64,000 nt of DNA. Source: Candidatus Omnitrophota bacterium. Its GTDB lineage: Bacteria > Omnitrophota > Gorgyraeia > Tantalellales > Tantalellaceae. Below are positions 18,628 to 28,528 of the stretch, piece after piece; within the stretch, counting starts at the first letter, position 1; each line of letters opens with the position of its first letter. A program made the position numbers and the translations under genes. The notes under the pieces were generated by a model. It was not told the DNA's origin and searched no databases. It worked only from the letters and a program-made list of their open reading frames with translations. Where the stretch lies: contig JAQUQS010000005.1 of NCBI GenBank assembly GCA_028715965.1, forward strand, positions 54,904-118,903, in the 5' to 3' direction.

Positions 18628-20322
18628 TTATACCATCTCCTCTTCTTCCTCCGACAAGGAAGAAGCATAGAACCCTTTCCAACGCATTTCCCCTACCACT
18701 CCCTGGGCTATATTGGTGAGATGGTCACCTATCTTCTCGAGGTTATCAACAAAATCGAGAAATACGATGCCGGCCTTGAGGTCGCATACACCCTCATTCA
18801 GCCTTCTGACATGGGACCTCTTCAGGTCCTCCTGGAAACGGTTTATCTTCTGTTCTCTTTTGAGCACGCTTTCAGCCATCACGGAATCGCTATTCCTGAG
18901 AGCGTCCTCGGTCTCTACCATCATACTGTTAAGTTCATCCCACATTAGGTTAAGCTCGCGGATAGCTTCGTCAGAAAAGGGAAGTTTTTGCTCGATCTTA
19001 CGCTCCGCCAGCTCGACTATATTCTCCGAGTGGTCCCCAATACGCTCTATATCATTCACGCTATGGATAAGCACGGGGAGTTCTTCCGACTCTTCCTGCC
19101 CGAGATTCCGCTGGGAAAGGTCCACGAGATACTGTGTTATTGCCGACTGCAGGTTGTCCACCGCCTGCTCAAGCTTGGCGACCGGCCTCAGTTCGTTGAG
19201 GTCACCCCCTAAAAAACATTTTACCGAGTGGGCAACGGACCTGCGGGCTAACCCTATCATGCGTACGGTCTCCCTCCGGGCCTGCTCCATGGCGATAGGG
19301 GGCGTGTCCAACAAATGCACTTCAAGGTATTGCGGCCCGAGCTCAAGCGTTCCCTTCTTTTTGGGCACCATGAACACACTGGCTCTTTCAAGGAATCCTA
19401 TGAAAGGCAGGAACATAAGGGAATTGGTCACATTGAAGAAACTATGCGCTACCGCGATATAGAGCATTATGTTCTTTAGCGTGACCTCTCCCGGGACCAA
19501 TATATAAATAGCCTTTTCATACCATCCCGTGTATACGAATACCAGCATATACGCTACCCCTATGACATTGAACAGCGTATGCGACATCGCCGCCCTCCTC
19601 GCGGGCAGGGTGGTACCTATTGACGCGAGCTGGGCGGTAATGGTCGTACCTATGTTGTCACCCAGTATTATCGGTATGGCCGACGGGAGATCTATCAGCC
19701 CGTTAAAGGCCATGACCTGCACCACGGCAATAGTAGCGCTGGAACTCTGGAGTATTATAGTGAAAATGGTGCCTACCGCTACCCCTAGAAGAGGGTTGGT
19801 GCTGAAAGACAGGAATATATCCTTAACATACTGGCTGTCCTTGAGAGGCTCGAAAGCGTCCTTCATGACCTCCAGCCCGAGGAACAAGAGACCGAACCCC
19901 ATGAGCACCTGACCCCAGAACTTCGCGTTCTTTGTCCTGAAAAAAGCATTCACGGCAAACCCTATCCCTATAGCCGGCAGCGCGTATTGCGTTACCTTGA
20001 AAACAGACATCGAGGAAACGAGCCACGCGGTGAACGTGGTGCCGATGTTCGCGCCCATTATGACGCTTATGGCCTGTTTCAGGGTAAGTAACCCCGCGTT
20101 CACGAACCCGACCACCATCACGCTGGTAGCACTGGAGGATTGGATAAGACATGTGACGGCCGCGCCGACCATCAAACCTACGAAAGGGACCTTGGTCACC
20201 ATTGACAGTATCTTTTTAAGCCTGTCACCAGCTATCTTCTTCAGGCCATCCGACATCAGGCGCATGCCGAAAAAGAAAAGTCCCAGCCCGCCTATGAGCG
20301 AAAAAATGAGGTTTAGGTCCAT
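18628..20322 (-). CDS. Na/Pi-cotransporter II-related protein with C-terminal PhoU-like domain
   Basis: 564 aa with duplicated Na/Pi cotransporter repeats (QSSSAT.. occurs twice) and a C-terminal PhoU-like helical region. Confidence 0.85.
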   Translation of the reverse strand: MDLNLIFSLIGGLGLFFFGMRLMSDGLKKIAGDRLKKILSMVTKVPFVGLMVGAAVTCLIQSSSATSVMVVGFVNAGLLTLKQAISVIMGANIGTTFTAWLVSSMSVFKVTQYALPAIGIGFAVNAFFRTKNAKFWGQVLMGFGLLFLGLEVMKDAFEPLKDSQYVKDIFLSFSTNPLLGVAVGTIFTIILQSSSATIAVVQVMAFNGLIDLPSAIPIILGDNIGTTITAQLASIGTTLPARRAAMSHTLFNVIGVAYMLVFVYTGWYEKAIYILVPGEVTLKNIMLYIAVAHSFFNVTNSLMFLPFIGFLERASVFMVPKKKGTLELGPQYLEVHLLDTPPIAMEQARRETVRMIGLARRSVAHSVKCFLGGDLNELRPVAKLEQAVDNLQSAITQYLVDLSQRNLGQEESEELPVLIHSVNDIERIGDHSENIVELAERKIEQKLPFSDEAIRELNLMWDELNSMMVETEDALRNSDSVMAESVLKREQKINRFQEDLKRSHVRRLNEGVCDLKAGIVFLDFVDNLEKIGDHLTNIAQGVVGEMRWKGFYASSLSEEEEEMV

Positions 20323-20423
20323 TGGTCCCGTATCTGTTTATTTGTTGGCACCCTTAATATCTAAGGGAGAGAATTTGACAGCCTTAAATTAACACGAACT
20401 CTTTTGCCTGTCAAGAGGTAACG

Positions 20424-21239
20424 TCAGTTCCCCAGCCGAACAGTGTCAAAATAGCTTCTTACACACTCCATACAGGCCAGACAAGCCAGATAACTGGTCT
20501 TCGGGTTGTCCGGCGATGGGACATTCTCCGCCCTGAGAAAAAGCTTTCCGGCCTTTCCGTCGACCTCTATCTCGTGTATGTTCCGCGTATATTCCGGTGA
20601 AGTTACTATTCGCACCTTCGTTCTCTCAGGGCCGATACCGGCAAGCGACAACAACGCCGACACGTTGATGTTCTTGGGGAATTCTTTTACGGCATCAAGG
20701 GCCGATCCCTCGAATATCACGGTCTCCGTCCTGATGTTATCAAGCTCTATCGCGTTCTTCTGGATATATGGAGCGCCCGCGAGTGACGCGGGCGGCTTGC
20801 GTGTAGTTATCATAACACTGTCGATCCCGGCGATCTTCGCCGCCTTGATCCCGTCAATACCGGCTATTGCCCCCGACGGCAGGAACACCTTGATACCCGC
20901 CTCCCTGGCCTCTTTGAGGAGGCTTTCATTTCCCAACACACCGCCCGCGCTTATCACGATAACGTCTTTGTTCTTCCTGACAGCCGCGCTGAGCGCCGCG
21001 CGGACTATATCCGGACCGGCCGCCTCCACCACGACATCCGACATATCCACAAGAGCGTCCAGGTCCGGCGCCACAACGCAGTTCTTGATCCGTCCGGCCA
21101 GCGCGGTGACCCTTTCCGTGTTGATGTCGCATAAATTAGTACCGGAAACTTTAGCGGACAGTTCTTTCTCGATAAAAACAGCTATCGCCGTCCCGATGTT
21201 CCCACACCCTATTATCCCTACGGTCCTTTTTATGCTCAT
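20424..21239 (-). CDS. nadX: L-aspartate dehydrogenase (NadX)
   Basis: Internal start MSIKRTVGIIGCGNIGTAIA.. with a Rossmann motif and the Asp-DH (DUF108) core. Its ATG overlaps the nadA stop in an ATGA unit. Confidence 0.8.
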   Translation of the reverse strand: MSIKRTVGIIGCGNIGTAIAVFIEKELSAKVSGTNLCDINTERVTALAGRIKNCVVAPDLDALVDMSDVVVEAAGPDIVRAALSAAVRKNKDVIVISAGGVLGNESLLKEAREAGIKVFLPSGAIAGIDGIKAAKIAGIDSVMITTRKPPASLAGAPYIQKNAIELDNIRTETVIFEGSALDAVKEFPKNINVSALLSLAGIGPERTKVRIVTSPEYTRNIHEIEVDGKAGKLFLRAENVPSPDNPKTSYLACLACMECVRSYFDTVRLGN

Positions 21240-22171
21240 ACTACTTCCAGCATCCTTTCGAGGGATTTCCTGGCCCTCCTGGCTACGTTCTCCGGCACTT
21301 CTATCTTGTAAACCATCTTTTCCAGCGATCTGGCGAGCCATCCCAGTGTCGTAAGTTTCATGTTGGCACATATGAACTGGTCTGTAGGCATATAGAACTT
21401 CTTCTCGGGGTTGTCCCTCTGCAATCTGTAATCTATACCTGTTTCCGTCCCAACAATGAATTCCTTACGGTCCGACTCCCTGACATGCTTGATCATCGCG
21501 GCCGTGCTTCCTATGTATTCCGCCAGGTTAAGCACTTCTTTCCTGCATTCCGGATGCGCGATGAACTCGGCGTCCGGATACATGTTCTTGGTCCTCACGA
21601 CATCTTCCGCGGTCAGCCTCATATGAACCACACAGTACCCGTCCCACAGTATCAGCTCTTTCTCGGGAACATGCTCACGCACATATCTTCCGAGGTTCTT
21701 GTCCGGGACAAATATGACCTTATCTTCCCTGAGAGACCTTACCACTTCGATCGCGTTAGACGATGTGCAGCAGATATCACTTTCAGCCTTTACCGCCGCG
21801 GTCGAATTCACATAGCACACTACCGCAGCCTCGGGATATTCCTCTTTTTTCTTCTTAAGTTTCTCCACCGTTACCATGTCCGCCAGAGGGCATCCGGCTT
21901 CCTCGACAGGAAGAAGTATGGTCTTGTCCGGGCTGAGGATATACGCGCTTTCCGCCATGAATTTAACACCGCAGAACACCACGACTTTCTCTTTCGCGCG
22001 CGTTACTTCCCTGGCAAGCGCGAAAGAATCACCGGTGATATCAGCTACTTCCTGGATCTCATCCCGCTGATAATTATGCGCGACTATGAGCGCCCCCACC
22101 TTGTGCTTGAGCTCCTTTATTTTACGCTTAAGATGGTCCTTGTACCTTGCGTCAAATTCCTTGTACGGCAT
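21236..22171 (-). CDS. nadA: Quinolinate synthase A
   Basis: 311 aa with the NadA family signature and conserved Cys ligands. Confidence 0.9.
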   Translation of the reverse strand: MPYKEFDARYKDHLKRKIKELKHKVGALIVAHNYQRDEIQEVADITGDSFALAREVTRAKEKVVVFCGVKFMAESAYILSPDKTILLPVEEAGCPLADMVTVEKLKKKKEEYPEAAVVCYVNSTAAVKAESDICCTSSNAIEVVRSLREDKVIFVPDKNLGRYVREHVPEKELILWDGYCVVHMRLTAEDVVRTKNMYPDAEFIAHPECRKEVLNLAEYIGSTAAMIKHVRESDRKEFIVGTETGIDYRLQRDNPEKKFYMPTDQFICANMKLTTLGWLARSLEKMVYKIEVPENVARRARKSLERMLEVV

Positions 22172-22216
22172 CTTTTCCTTTCTTTCGCGTAACGTGATAA
22201 CACGATCTTCCCGGGT

Positions 22217-23545
22217 TCATATGATGACATTATCTATCAACCTGGTCCCACCCAGGAAAGCGGCCACCGCGATAAGTGTGCCTTCTTCCACCTTTTCCGT
22301 ATCCTCAAGAGTATCCCTGTCGACGAAACCGATATAATCCACGCGGATATTCCCGCCTGATGACATTATCCGGCGCATCTCCTCCGATATCTTCCGGCTG
22401 TCACATTCCCCCGAGCATACCATTTCCCTGGCCGCAACAAGCGCTCCGTGGATCAACACCGCTTCATCACGTTCCTCGGTGGAAAGATAAGCGTTCCTGG
22501 AACTCATCGCCAACCCGTCCGGCTCGCGCACTATAGGCATTACTCTTATCCTTGCCGGGACATTAAGATCGGAGAACATTTTCTTGATCACAGCCGCCTG
22601 CTGAGCGTCTTTCTGCCCCAGGTATACCACATCAGGCTGTACTATATTGACAAGTTTCAGGACGACCGTAGCGACGCCCCTGAAATGCCCCGGTCTTGAC
22701 GCGCCGCAAAGGTTTTCCGCGACGGTACCTTTCACGTCCACGTACGTACCGTATCCTTCTGGATACATCTCCGGGACCGACGGAACGAATATTACATCCA
22801 CACGCTCCTTCTCGGCGACATGCCTGTCCCTCTCCTGGTCCCTGGGATATTTTCCCAGGTCCTCGTTCTGACCGAACTGCATGGGATTAACAAATACGCT
22901 CATCACCACCTGGTCGCATTCTTCCCTGGCGGCCCTGAGAAGACTGGCGTGTCCCTCATGGAGATACCCCATGGTCGGCACGAAGCCTATCCTCTCCCCA
23001 CGGCCCTTTATCCTGGCCGCGATATCCGTCATGTCCTTCAATGCGGTAACTATTTTCATTTTGTTCTCACGTTCAGGTGAAAGGTCTGTGCCCGCATCCC
23101 GATATAGCTCGCGTACGGTCTTGTTCAGCACCGGATGTACCACATCAGGGGCTATTTCTTCCAATCCTTTCAGGACAAAACCTCTACGGTGCATCCTGGG
23201 GTGAGGTATAGTAAGATCTTGTTCGTCGATTACCATATCACCGAACAAAAGTATATCGATATCGATTATCCGCGGATAGTTCCTGGGAGCTTTACGGCGC
23301 CCCATTTCTTTTTCTATGGATTTAAGCCTGTCCAACATGTCCCTGGGGCCGATGCCGGTCTCTACCTTGATGACCCCGTTAAGAAAATCCGGCTGGGGCG
23401 GGCCTCCACACGGTCCTGTCCTGTACAATCCGGACCTTCGAAGTATCACGGTATCCGGGACCGCCGCTATCTTTTCAAACGCCTCCCGGACATTCCTCTC
23501 CGTGTCCCCTTCATTCGTACCTATGCCAAGATACACAATGGCCAT
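22217..23545 (-). CDS. HPPK (FolK) fused to pantoate--beta-alanine ligase (PanC)
   Basis: Residues 1-150 match HPPK (IVYLGIGTN.GD.., QPDFLNGVIKVET, IIDIDILLFGD). Residues about 165-442 match PanC (FVPTMGYLHEGH HxGH motif, MSSRN). It is a single uninterrupted ORF. Confidence 0.8.
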   Translation of the reverse strand: MAIVYLGIGTNEGDTERNVREAFEKIAAVPDTVILRRSGLYRTGPCGGPPQPDFLNGVIKVETGIGPRDMLDRLKSIEKEMGRRKAPRNYPRIIDIDILLFGDMVIDEQDLTIPHPRMHRRGFVLKGLEEIAPDVVHPVLNKTVRELYRDAGTDLSPERENKMKIVTALKDMTDIAARIKGRGERIGFVPTMGYLHEGHASLLRAAREECDQVVMSVFVNPMQFGQNEDLGKYPRDQERDRHVAEKERVDVIFVPSVPEMYPEGYGTYVDVKGTVAENLCGASRPGHFRGVATVVLKLVNIVQPDVVYLGQKDAQQAAVIKKMFSDLNVPARIRVMPIVREPDGLAMSSRNAYLSTEERDEAVLIHGALVAAREMVCSGECDSRKISEEMRRIMSSGGNIRVDYIGFVDRDTLEDTEKVEEGTLIAVAAFLGGTRLIDNVII

Positions 23546-23564
23546 TATACGGTCTTTTTATCCT

Positions 23565-24749
23565 TTAGCTGAAGAACGCGTTCTTGATCCTGCTCACGGC
23601 CTCTTTGATCGTCTCCTCGCCTACCGTAAGCGCCATTCTTACATATCCTTCACCATTTGGTCCGAACCCGTTGCCCGGGGTAACGATTATATCCGCCTTT
23701 TCGAGCATATCCTTTGCCAGCGACATAGAGTCATACGCGCCAAAGACCGGGGCCCACACGTAAAAAGTAGCTTTAGGCGACGGCACGTTCCATCCGGCTT
23801 TCCTCAACCCATCGACAAGCACATCCCTTCTCCCCTGATAGAGCCTGGACAGGACAGCCTTCACGTTATCGGCCTTTTTCAGCGCTTCGATAGAAGCTAT
23901 CTGTATTGCCGTGAATATCCCTGAATCTATGTTCGATTTGACCTTGGCCAACCCGTTTATGATCTCAGGGTCCCCTATGGCCATACCGACCCTCCATCCT
24001 GTCATATTGAAGGTCTTGGACAGGGAATGGAACTCTATCCCCACCTCTTTAGCCCCTTCCACCTCAAGAAAGCTCATGGGCTTATACCCGTCGTAACTCA
24101 TCTCGGTATACGCGGCATCGGCACATACGATGATGTTGTTCTCCCGGGCGAATCTTACCACTTTCTCATAGAAATCCTTTCCGCAGACCGCGCCGGTGGG
24201 ATTATTCGGATAGTTTATATGGATAAGACGAGCACGTTTGGCTATATCCTTGTCTATAGCGTCCAGGTCCGGAAGAAAACCGTTCTTCTCAAGAAGGGGC
24301 ATGAAATGGACCTCGCCCCCCGCGAAGATCGCGCCGGAATTGTACGGTGGATACCCCGGGTCCGGTACCAATACAACATCCCCGGGTTCAACAAAAGCGA
24401 GCGGCACATGCGCTATGCCTTCCTTGGACCCGAGTAACGGCAAGACCTCAGTGGCCGGGTCCACTTTGACGCCGAAACGTCCCTCGAACCAATCCGCCAT
24501 GGCCCCACGTAACGTCTTAAGCCCGCGGTTCAGCGCGTATTTATGTGTGGCCGGGTCCATGCTGGCCTCATGCAGCTTTTTAATTATGAAATCCGGTGTC
24601 GGCGTATCTGGATCCCCTACGCCCAGGTCAATGACCGGCCTGCCTTCACTGACCGCCTTGTTCTTCGCCCTGTCTATCTCCTCAAAAAGATAAGGAGGGA
24701 GTTTTCTCAATCTTTCCGCTACTCTCACTTCCATCGTCATCCCTTTCAT
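23565..24749 (-). CDS. dapL: LL-diaminopimelate aminotransferase
   Basis: LPPYLFEEIDRAKNKAVSEGRPVIDLGVGDPD.. N-terminus and a PLP-lysine region, typical of DapL. Confidence 0.85.
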   Translation of the reverse strand: MKGMTMEVRVAERLRKLPPYLFEEIDRAKNKAVSEGRPVIDLGVGDPDTPTPDFIIKKLHEASMDPATHKYALNRGLKTLRGAMADWFEGRFGVKVDPATEVLPLLGSKEGIAHVPLAFVEPGDVVLVPDPGYPPYNSGAIFAGGEVHFMPLLEKNGFLPDLDAIDKDIAKRARLIHINYPNNPTGAVCGKDFYEKVVRFARENNIIVCADAAYTEMSYDGYKPMSFLEVEGAKEVGIEFHSLSKTFNMTGWRVGMAIGDPEIINGLAKVKSNIDSGIFTAIQIASIEALKKADNVKAVLSRLYQGRRDVLVDGLRKAGWNVPSPKATFYVWAPVFGAYDSMSLAKDMLEKADIIVTPGNGFGPNGEGYVRMALTVGEETIKEAVSRIKNAFFS

Positions 24750-24754
24750 TGTTC

Positions 24755-25498
24755 TTACTTCAAACCCAGCACATCGGCCATGTTATAAAGCCCCGGTGCT
24801 TTCCCCTTTACGAATTTAACGGCCTCTATGGCACCAGCCACGAATACGTCGCGTGTTTTCGCGTCGTGCCTTATCTCAAGGGTCTCATACGGCGTGTCGA
24901 AAATTATCCCATGGTTCCCGACCACTTCCCCTTCACGGAACGCCTCGACCTGTACTTTCTTGCCGACAACATCCGATACGATCTTCGCCATCATCTTGGC
25001 CGTACCGCTGGGCGAATCCTTTTTATGCACGTGATGTGTCTCATCAATGCTTATATCAGAGATCGCGCCCAACGCTTTGGCGGCCTCGGCGATCATCTTG
25101 AACAACAGGTTGACCCCCACCGACATGTTCGGCGAATATACCACCGGTATATCCGAAGCGGCCGATCGTATCTTCTCCTCGGATCCGGCGTCCATCGCTG
25201 TAGTCCCGATCACGATCGCCACTCCGGCACGTCGCGCGGCCTCAAGATGGTCAAGCGTAGGACCGGGGAACGTGAATTCAATGATACAATCCACTTTCCC
25301 GCATGCTTCATCGATATCCGATGTGACCATGACACCCGTCCTGTCCGTCCCCAGGACCTCTCCGATATCCGCTCCTATGGAATCCGAGTCCGCGCTTTCT
25401 ATCCCCGCGGAGATCTCGACCTCCGGGTCTTCCATGCACATGGCCGCGATACGTCTTCCCATCCTGCCACATATGCCGCTTATCCCGACCTTTATCAT
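24755..25498 (-). CDS. dapB: 4-hydroxy-tetrahydrodipicolinate reductase
   Basis: MIKVGISGICGRMG Rossmann N-terminus and the DapB core. Start taken at Met6 of the track ORF. Confidence 0.88.
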   Translation of the reverse strand: MIKVGISGICGRMGRRIAAMCMEDPEVEISAGIESADSDSIGADIGEVLGTDRTGVMVTSDIDEACGKVDCIIEFTFPGPTLDHLEAARRAGVAIVIGTTAMDAGSEEKIRSAASDIPVVYSPNMSVGVNLLFKMIAEAAKALGAISDISIDETHHVHKKDSPSGTAKMMAKIVSDVVGKKVQVEAFREGEVVGNHGIIFDTPYETLEIRHDAKTRDVFVAGAIEAVKFVKGKAPGLYNMADVLGLK

Positions 25499-25539
25499 TT
25501 TCCCTCCGATCATCGGCCGCGTACGACCGGTGAATACCG

Positions 25540-26409
25540 TTATCCGACAAGCTCGTACTTGCTCAATATTTTCCTGAGCTTGTCCTTATTATCCTTTTCC
25601 ATACCGCACAAAGGCATCCGCCACTCCTCCTGGACCATGCCCATCATAGCCAGGGCTGTTTTCACCGGTATGGGATTCGTCTCCATGAAAAGCCCCTTGC
25701 ACAGTTCTATCATGCTGTAATGCAACTTACGGCTCTCTTCCAGTTTTCCCGCCGCGAAATGGGCGCACAGATAATGCACCATGCTCGGCACGACATTCGC
25801 CACCACGCTTACCACGCCTTTCGCCCCGATCGACATGAACGGTAATGTCATACCGTCATCACCGCTCATTACCGTGATATCACAAAGGGACAATATGTCC
25901 GCCACCTGTTGTACGCTTCCGGCAGCCTCCTTTATCGCCACGATATTATCGACCTTAGACAGACGCGCCACGGTAGCGGGACTCAGCGATATCCCCGTAC
26001 GCGAAGGCACGTTGTAAAGCATTATAGGTATGGCGGCCTTAGCCGCTATCATGGAATAATGCCTGAACTGACCTTCCGGGGTAGGCTTGTTATAGTAAGG
26101 GGTTATTATGAGCGCCCCGTCACATCCGGCCTTCTTGGCGTAACATGTAAGGTCCATAGCCTCGGAAGTGGAGTTGGACCCCGTACCGGCCACTACCGGC
26201 ACTCTTTTGTTCACCGTCTCAACGGTTATATCCATAAGCCGTTTCTGTTCCGTAGTGGTAAGCGTCGCCGCCTCACCGGTGCACCCGCACGGCACGATGC
26301 CATCGGTACCGTTCTCTATCTGGAACTCGATCAAACGTCGAAAAGTATCTTCATCCACTTTTCCATCTTTGAACGGGGTTACCAGAGCAACATAAGATCC
26401 CTTGAACAT
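25540..26409 (-). CDS. dapA: 4-hydroxy-tetrahydrodipicolinate synthase
   Basis: VALVTPF.., GTTGE motif and a Schiff-base Lys region. Confidence 0.9.
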   Translation of the reverse strand: MFKGSYVALVTPFKDGKVDEDTFRRLIEFQIENGTDGIVPCGCTGEAATLTTTEQKRLMDITVETVNKRVPVVAGTGSNSTSEAMDLTCYAKKAGCDGALIITPYYNKPTPEGQFRHYSMIAAKAAIPIMLYNVPSRTGISLSPATVARLSKVDNIVAIKEAAGSVQQVADILSLCDITVMSGDDGMTLPFMSIGAKGVVSVVANVVPSMVHYLCAHFAAGKLEESRKLHYSMIELCKGLFMETNPIPVKTALAMMGMVQEEWRMPLCGMEKDNKDKLRKILSKYELVG

Positions 26410-26453
26410 GATATGTTCCCCTTTCCTGAGAGCCTCAGCCCTTTATCGTATCC

Positions 26454-27272
26454 TTACGCTTTTCCTTCATATACAATTCGCGCTTCTCCCTCGAGACGCA
26501 CGTTCGAGACCTTATCCGCGGATATCTTGAAATGTACCCTGAGCTTCTCTCCGCTTTGAGTAAGCATCTCAACGGGGCTTTTAACATACCCCAAAAGACC
26601 CAGCACCACGGCGGAGGCGACCGTACCAGTGCCACAGGCCAGCGTCTCGTCCTCTACTCCTCTTTCGTATGTCCTTATGCGGGCTGAATCCCCGGCCACA
26701 TCTCCCACAAAATTCACGTTCGTGCCGTCGGGCTCAAAAAAACTGTGTGTCCTTATCGCCCGGCCCGCGCCCGTCACATCGTAGCCCTCGACATCCTCGA
26801 CCAGATGGACAACATGCGGGACCCCGGTATTAAGGGAATGCAGGATCATCATGTTCTTTCCCACACCCAGTTTTATCCCCATACGGACATCCTTCGGGTC
26901 TCCCATCTTTATGGAAACCTCGCGGCCGCTGGTCTTCGTAGAGAGTATCCCCGCCCGTGTCTCCACGTCAAGCTCATCTCCCCATCCGGCCCTGCAAGCG
27001 TAATAAGCGCTGCACCTGAGACCGTTACCGCACATATCCACTTCGGACCCGTCAGGATTGATTATCCTCATCTTGAAGTCCGCCTTGTCGGACCTTTCCA
27101 GGACAAGCAGTCCATCGGCCCCCACCGACACCCTGCGCCGGCACAGGTCCCTGGCTATCTGCCCATAATCCAGTTCCCGGACATCCAGCTCCCCGGCCTT
27201 ATTGTCGATGACGATGAAATCATTACCCGTACCTACGACTTTTGTAAAACATATATCGTGTTTCATGCTCAT
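26454..27272 (-). CDS. dapF: Diaminopimelate epimerase
   Basis: FTKVVGTGNDFIVID.. and two catalytic Cys regions (MCGNG, ACGTG). Confidence 0.9.
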   Translation of the reverse strand: MSMKHDICFTKVVGTGNDFIVIDNKAGELDVRELDYGQIARDLCRRRVSVGADGLLVLERSDKADFKMRIINPDGSEVDMCGNGLRCSAYYACRAGWGDELDVETRAGILSTKTSGREVSIKMGDPKDVRMGIKLGVGKNMMILHSLNTGVPHVVHLVEDVEGYDVTGAGRAIRTHSFFEPDGTNVNFVGDVAGDSARIRTYERGVEDETLACGTGTVASAVVLGLLGYVKSPVEMLTQSGEKLRVHFKISADKVSNVRLEGEARIVYEGKA

Positions 27273-28519
27273 TTCAGCTCTTTCATTATTTTTTCACCGC
27301 GGACAAGGTCCTTATATGTCTCGGCCGGCCTTATAAGCCTTACAGCCCCGTCCATGACCATAAGTTCCGCTACACGCGGTCGTGAGTTGTAATTCGACGA
27401 CATGGAGAACCCGTAAGCGCCCGCGCCCATGACAGCCAGGCACTCACCGGGAATAAGTTCCTGCAAGTCCCTGTCTAGCGCGAGATAATCCCCGCTTTCG
27501 CATATAGGCCCGACCACGTCGTATTTCTCCATATCCGTCTTACGCAGCGTTACCGGAAGGATCTCGTGATAAGCTTCATAAAGACTTGGCCTCAAAAGGT
27601 CGTTCATGCCCGCGTCGACTATAGCGAACTTCTTCCCCGTCGCTCCCGTCTTTACATAAAGCACTTTGCACACAAGCACACCGCTATTGCCGGCTATGAA
27701 CCTGCCCGGCTCAAGTATTATGCGGAACGGCTTGTCCTTGACAAGCGGTACGATATGCGCCGCGAAATCCGCCGCGGTAGTAGTTTTTTCCTTCCCGTAC
27801 ACTATGCCGAACCCTCCGCCCAGGTCCAGCCATTCGATATTTATATTGCTCTTTTCGATAAAAGCGAGCACCTTGGTTATCGCTGACACGAAAGGCGCCG
27901 GGTCCGTGATCTGTGATCCTATGTGTACATGCAATCCCTTCAGGTCGACATGCGAATATTTATTGTCATTGTCAAAGATCTCCTCGGCAACATCAAGGGC
28001 TATCCCGAACTTCTTCTCTTTAGTCCCGGTCGTTATGTAATCATGAGTATCGGCCTTCACATCAGGGTTCACCCTTAATGCTACCGGCGCCCTCACCCCC
28101 AGCCTGTGAGCCACGGAATCTATCATTATGAGCTCGGATACGGATTCGACATTAAAAAGCAGTATCCCTTTCTTCAAGGCTTCCTTGATCTCTTCTTCGG
28201 TCTTCCCGACACTGGCGTAAACGATCTTCCCGTAAGGGCATCCTACCTTATCCGCCTTGAAAAGCTCTCCTCCGGACACTATATCCAGACCTGCCCCTTC
28301 CTTGACCAGCGCCCTGCATATGTTAAGGTTGGAATTCGACTTCATCGAAAAACATATGAGGGGGTTCACCTCAGCGAAAGCATCCCGTATACGCCTGTAG
28401 TGGTCCACTATGGTCCTGTAGCTATAAAGATAGAACGGTGTTGGATATTCCTTTATTATATCCGTCAAAGGCATATCCTCACATCCCAGGACACCGTCAC
28501 GATAATTAAAATGATGCAC
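27269..28519 (-). CDS. lysA: Diaminopimelate decarboxylase
   Basis: Fold III PLP decarboxylase with TPFYLYS... and the LysA core. It overlaps dapF by 4 nt. Confidence 0.9.
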   Translation of the reverse strand: MHHFNYRDGVLGCEDMPLTDIIKEYPTPFYLYSYRTIVDHYRRIRDAFAEVNPLICFSMKSNSNLNICRALVKEGAGLDIVSGGELFKADKVGCPYGKIVYASVGKTEEEIKEALKKGILLFNVESVSELIMIDSVAHRLGVRAPVALRVNPDVKADTHDYITTGTKEKKFGIALDVAEEIFDNDNKYSHVDLKGLHVHIGSQITDPAPFVSAITKVLAFIEKSNINIEWLDLGGGFGIVYGKEKTTTAADFAAHIVPLVKDKPFRIILEPGRFIAGNSGVLVCKVLYVKTGATGKKFAIVDAGMNDLLRPSLYEAYHEILPVTLRKTDMEKYDVVGPICESGDYLALDRDLQELIPGECLAVMGAGAYGFSMSSNYNSRPRVAELMVMDGAVRLIRPAETYKDLVRGEKIMKELK

Positions 28520-28528
28520 TTTGCCTCC

